Below, one piece after another: positions 60,300 to 64,000 of a stretch of 64,000 nt of DNA. Under the pieces are notes generated by a model, which saw only the letters and a program-made list of their open reading frames with translations, was not told the origin of the DNA and ran no database searches. Position 1 is the stretch's first letter. Each line of letters begins with the position of its first letter. Origin of the DNA: Hypanus sabinus (Eukaryota); NCBI RefSeq assembly GCF_030144855.1, contig NC_082718.1, positions 96,968,001 to 97,032,000 of the forward strand, written 5' to 3'. The position numbers were made by a program, and so were the translations under genes.

Positions 60300-63200
60300 T
60301 AACCCCCCCCCAGAACCGGCGATACACCCCCCAATGTCCACAGCCTGGGCCAGAACCTGCTTGGGAGGTCGGCCTCTGCGCCGAGGCGCCGGAAACTCGG
60401 CCGGTTGCGCCAGGTCCACATGGGCCGGCTTGAGGCGGTCCACCGTGAAAACCTCCTCCTTCCCCCCAACGTCCAGCACGAACGTGGACCCGTTGTTCCG
60501 GAGCACCGTAAACGGCCCCTCGTATGGCCGCTGCAGCGGTGGCCGATGCCCGCCCCTTCGTACAAACACAAACTTACAGTTCCGTAGGTCTTTGGGTACG
60601 CAGGTCGGGTGCCGCCCATGCTGTGAAGTGGGTATGGGGGCCAGGTTACCGAGCTTCTCGCGAAGTCTGCCCAGGACTGCAGCGGGTTCTTCCTCTTGCT
60701 CCCTCGGGGCTGGTAGGAACTCCCCGGGGACGGCCAGGGGCGCGCCGTATACCAACTCGGCCGACGAGGCGTGCAGGTCGTCCTTGGGCGCTGTGCGGAT
60801 GCCGAGAAGGACCCAGGGAAGCTCGTCCGCCCAGTTGGCTCCTCGCAGGCGGGCCATGAGGGCCGACTTCAGGTGACGGTGGAAACGCTCCACTAGCCCG
60901 TTCGACTGTGGGTGGTAGGCAGTGGTGTGGTGCAGCTGAGTCCCCAAAAGGCTGGCCATAGCTGACCACAGGCTGGAGGTGAACTGGGCGCCTCTGTCGG
61001 AGGTAATGTGGGCTGGTACACCAAAGCGGGATATCCAGGTGGCGATCAGGGCTCGGGCGCAAGATTCGGAGGTGGTGTCGGTGAGCGGGACCGCCTCTGG
61101 CCATCTTGTGAACCGGTCCACGATAGTCAGGAGGTAACGCGCTCCGCGCGACACTGGCAGGGGGCCCACGATATCCACATGAATGTGGTCGAAACGCCGG
61201 TGGGTGGGATGGAACTGCTGCGGTGGGGCTTTGGTGTGCCGCTGAACCTTGGCCGTCTGGCAGTGCATGCACGTCCTGGCCCATTCACTGACCTGTTTGC
61301 GGAGTCCGTGCCAAACGAACCTGCTGGAAACCATCCGGACAGTTGTCCGGATGGAGGGATGCGCCAAGTTATGAATGGAGTCGAAAACACGTCGCCGCCA
61401 GGCTGCGGGGACGACCGGACGGGGCTGGTTGGTGGCGACGTCACAGAGTAGGGTCCTCTCACCTGGGCCCACGGGGAGGTCCTGGAGCTGCAAACCAGAG
61501 ACTGCAGTCCTGTAACTCGGAATCTCCTCATCTACCTGCTGTGCCTCTGCCAGTGCCTCAAAGTCTACCCCTTGGGAAAGGGCATGAACGGTAGGGCGAG
61601 AGAGCGCATCCGCCACGACATTGTCCTTACCCGAGACGTGCCGGACATCCGTTGTGTATTCAGAGATGTAGGACAGGTGGCGTTGCTGGCGGGATGACCA
61701 GGGGTCGGATGCTTTCGTAAACGCAAAGGTAAGCGGTTTGTGGTCCGTGAACGCGGTGAAGGGCCGACCTTCTAGGAAGTACCTGAAATGCCGGATTGCC
61801 AGGTAGAGCGCCAACAGTTCCCGGTCAAAAGCACTGTACTTGAGCTCGGGTGGCCGCAGGTGTTTGCTGAAAAACGCCAGGGGTTGCCAGCGACCTGCGA
61901 TGAGCTGCTCCAGCACCCCACCGACTGCCGTGTTTGATGCGTCCACTGTGAGGGCGGTAGGGGTGTCCATTCTGGGATGTACTAGCATTGCGGCGTCAGC
62001 CAAAGCTTCCTTCGTTTGAACGAAAGCGGCGGCGGACTCCTCGTCCCAGGTAATGTCCTTGCTCGGACCCGACATCAGGGCGAACAGGGGGCGCATGATC
62101 CGGGCAGCTGAAGGGAGGAAGCGGCGGTAGAAATTGACCATACCTACGAATTCCTGAAGGCCTTTGACCGTGGTGGGTCGGGGGAAGTGGCGGACCGCAT
62201 CTACCTTAGCGGGCAGAGGGGTTGCCCCGTCTTTAGTAATCCTGTGGCCCAGGAAGTCAATGGTATCAAGTCCGAACTGGCATTTGGCAGGGTTGATTGT
62301 AAGACCGTACTCACTCAGTCGGGCGCAGAGTTGACGGAGGTGGGACAGATGCTCCTGACGACTGCCGCTGGCTATGAGGATGTCATCCAAATAGATGAAC
62401 GCGAAGTCCAGGTCCCGTCCCACCGCGTCCATTAACCGCTGGAACGTCTGTGCGGCATTCTTCAGGCCGAACGGCATGCGGAGGAACTCGAAGAGGCCAA
62501 ACGGGGTGATGAGAGCCGTCTTGGGGACGTCGTCAGGATGCATCGGGATTTGATGGTACCCTCGGACAAGGTCGACCTTGGAGAAGATCCGGGCGCCGTG
62601 CAGGTTTGCCGCAAAGTCCTGAATGTGCGGCACAGGGTAGCGGTCCGGTGTGGTAGCCTCGTTCAGCCTGCGGTAGTCGCCGCACGGTCTCCAGCCCCCC
62701 GTCGCTTTGGGCACCATGTGCAGGGGGGAAGCCCAGGGGCTGTCGGACCGCCGGATGATCCCCAATTCCTCCATTCTCTGGAACTCCTCCTTCGCCAGTC
62801 GGAGCTTGTCCGGGGGAAGCCGCCGAGCACGGGCATGGAGGGGTGGTCCCTGTGTCGGGATGTGGTGCTGTACGCCGTGCCTGGGCATGGCTGCTGTGAA
62901 CTGCGGTGCCAGAACCGATGGGAACTCCGCCAGGACCCTGGTGAAGTCGTTGTCGGACAGCATGATGGAGCCGAGGTGAGGGGCTGGCAACTGGGCCGCG
63001 CCCAGGGAGAACGTCTGAAAGGTCTCGGCGTGTACCAGTCTCTTCCTGGGCAGGTCAACCAGCAGGCTGTGAGCTCGCAAAAAATCCGCACCCAGAAGCG
63101 GTTGGGCTACGGCGGCCAGTGTGAAGTCCCACGTGAACTGGCTGGGGCCGAACTGTAGCTGCACCTGACGGGTGCCATAGGTCCTTACTGTGCTGCCATT

Positions 63201-63386
63201 CACGGCCCTCAGGGGGGGACCCGGTGCCCTGCTGCGAGTGTCGTAACTTGTCGGAGGTAAAACGCTGACCTCAGCCCCAGTATCGACCAAAAAGCGGCGT
63301 CCCGACCTGCTATCCCACACATACAGGAGGCTATCCCGATGGCCAGCCGCCGTAGCCATCAGCGGCGGCTGGCCCTGGCGTTTCCC
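60255..63386 (-). CDS. pol: Gypsy pol (protease, RT, RNase H, integrase), probably expressed by -1 frameshift
   Basis: ORF track 60255..63449. Motifs LVDTGA, YLDD, DAS...ELLA...TDH...VADALSR, H..AH..C..C, HVD/SD..AQF/LVERFH, PYEGPF and a C-terminal RRRGRPPK. Confidence 0.95.
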   Translation of the reverse strand, partial: GKRQGQPPLMATAAGHRDSLLYVWDSRSGRRFLVDTGAEVSVLPPTSYDTRSRAPGPPLRAVNGSTVRTYGTRQVQLQFGPSQFTWDFTLAAVAQPLLGADFLRAHSLLVDLPRKRLVHAETFQTFSLGAAQLPAPHLGSIMLSDNDFTRVLAEFPSVLAPQFTAAMPRHGVQHHIPTQGPPLHARARRLPPDKLRLAKEEFQRMEELGIIRRSDSPWASPLHMVPKATGGWRPCGDYRRLNEATTPDRYPVPHIQDFAANLHGARIFSKVDLVRGYHQIPMHPDDVPKTALITPFGLFEFLRMPFGLKNAAQTFQRLMDAVGRDLDFAFIYLDDILIASGSRQEHLSHLRQLCARLSEYGLTINPAKCQFGLDTIDFLGHRITKDGATPLPAKVDAVRHFPRPTTVKGLQEFVGMVNFYRRFLPSAARIMRPLFALMSGPSKDITWDEESAAAFVQTKEALADAAMLVHPRMDTPTALTVDASNTAVGGVLEQLIAGRWQPLAFFSKHLRPPELKYSAFDRELLALYLAIRHFRYFLEGRPFTAFTDHKPLTFAFTKASDPWSSRQQRHLSYISEYTTDVRHVSGKDNVVADALSRPTVHALSQGVDFEALAEAQQVDEEIPSYRTAVSGLQLQDLPVGPGERTLLCDVATNQPRPVVPAAWRRRVFDSIHNLAHPSIRTTVRMVSSRFVWHGLRKQVSEWARTCMHCQTAKVQRHTKAPPQQFHPTHRRFDHIHVDIVGPLPVSRGARYLLTIVDRFTRWPEAVPLTDTTSESCARALIATWISRFGVPAHITSDRGAQFTSSLWSAMASLLGTQLHHTTAYHPQSNGLVERFHRHLKSALMARLRGANWADELPWVLLGIRTAPKDDLHASSAELVYGAPLAVPGEFLPAPREQEEEPAAVLGRLREKLGNLAPIPTSQHGRHPTCVPKDLRNCKFVFVRRGGHRPPLQRPYEGPFTVLRNNGSTFVLDVGGKEEVFTVDRLKPAHVDLAQPAEFPAPRRRGRPPKQVLAQAVDIGGCIAGSGGGLCGGSFPSVCEPTHN
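63329..63386 (-). promoter_or_regulatory. -1 programmed ribosomal frameshift signal
   Basis: Slippery G GGA AAC (63386-63380) in the gag frame, a 5-nt spacer, then a perfect 12-bp stem and a possible second stem GGCTA/TAGCC. Confidence 0.85.
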
Positions 63387-64000
63387 GGGAACTTGCAGGG
63401 CGGGCGGCAACGGCGGGCTTCTGCGCCCCACCGCTGGTGGTAGAAGCACCAGTGGTCATTGGGCCGGGGGTTAGTGGGCTCTGCGGCCGGGCCTGGACTG
63501 GTTTGCTGCCGGGAGCGTGGCTGGGAGATCTGTGCGATGGACGCCCCGCTCACCTTTTTGGCGTTCCACAGCAAGTCCGCCCGGGCTGCCACCTTCCGGG
63601 GGTCACTGAAATCCGCGTCGGACAGCAGCAGGCGTATGTCCTCGGGCAGCTGCTCCAGGAATGCCTGCTCAAACATGAGGCCTGTGTGTCCCTCGGCCAG
63701 AGACAACATCTCGTTCATTAAAGCCGATGGAGGTCTGTCGCCCAAGCCATCCAGGTGCAGTAAACGGGCAGCCCGCTCGCGCCGTGAGAGTCCGAAAGTC
63801 CTGAGGAGCAGGGCTTTGAATTCCGTGTACTTGCCGTCTGCCGGGGGCGACTGTACGAACTCCGCGACCTGGGCAGCTGTGTCCTGGTCGAGGGAGCCCA
63901 CCACGTAGTAGTAGCGGGTGTCTTCTGAGGTGATCCGGCGAACGTGGAATTGGGCTTCGGCTTGCTGGAACCATAGGTCCGGGCGCTGTGTCCAGAAACC
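63359..64000 (-). CDS. gag: Gypsy gag (5' end outside the window)
   Basis: The frame is open to the window edge ([18 protein letters not shown]...). Motifs [10 protein letters not shown] and [18 protein letters not shown]. Confidence 0.92.
   Translation of the reverse strand, partial: GFWTQRPDLWFQQAEAQFHVRRITSEDTRYYYVVGSLDQDTAAQVAEFVQSPPADGKYTEFKALLLRTFGLSRRERAARLLHLDGLGDRPPSALMNEMLSLAEGHTGLMFEQAFLEQLPEDIRLLLSDADFSDPRKVAARADLLWNAKKVSGASIAQISQPRSRQQTSPGPAAEPTNPRPNDHWCFYHQRWGAEARRCRPPCKFPGNARASRR

Larger units (their letters stand above)
60086..64000 (-). mobile_element. Young, intact Ty3/Gypsy LTR retrotransposon (CsRn1/Kabuki-like), truncated by the window end
   Basis: Uninterrupted gag and pol, PPT and LTR. 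Domain order PR-RT-RH-IN. CHCC-type Gag knuckle. Confidence 0.95.

Noticed and set aside
60334-63974. Many overlapping alternative-frame and antisense ORFs over the Gypsy element
   Set aside because: Expected shadow ORFs in GC-rich coding DNA; no env-like or other domain was recognised.

Overview
Repeat-rich vertebrate genomic DNA. The repeat spectrum (CR1, Rex/RTE-X tails, Penelope-derived foldbacks, tRNA-SINEs) suggests a cartilaginous fish, probably a ray; this is an inference. Three spliced genes were reconstructed by hand. (1) The 5' part of SLC8B1/NCLX on the minus strand, with 5 coding exons from 16306 down to 3476. (2) A complete 12-exon PLBD2 on the plus strand (17189-46832, 577 aa), head-to-head with SLC8B1 across a short CpG-rich promoter carrying CLEAR-type E-boxes. 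(3) Exon 1 of FBXO21 (51366-51547, +), whose first intron runs off the window and holds a Penelope inverted structure, a solo LTR and a young, intact CsRn1-like Gypsy retrotransposon (60086 to beyond 64000, minus strand). The most interesting signals are: a U12 minor-spliceosome intron in SLC8B1 that appears to have non-canonical GT-AT termini; a family of Penelope-derived foldback elements with back-to-back minimal hammerhead ribozymes, including one in the PLBD2 3'UTR; a -1 ribosomal frameshift cassette (GGGAAAC plus a 12-bp stem/pseudoknot) in the Gypsy element; and an unexplained 78-nt near-perfect hairpin in PLBD2 intron 4. Most short ORFs in the supplied track are repeat-derived or spurious. 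Repeat boundaries are approximate unless termini are quoted.
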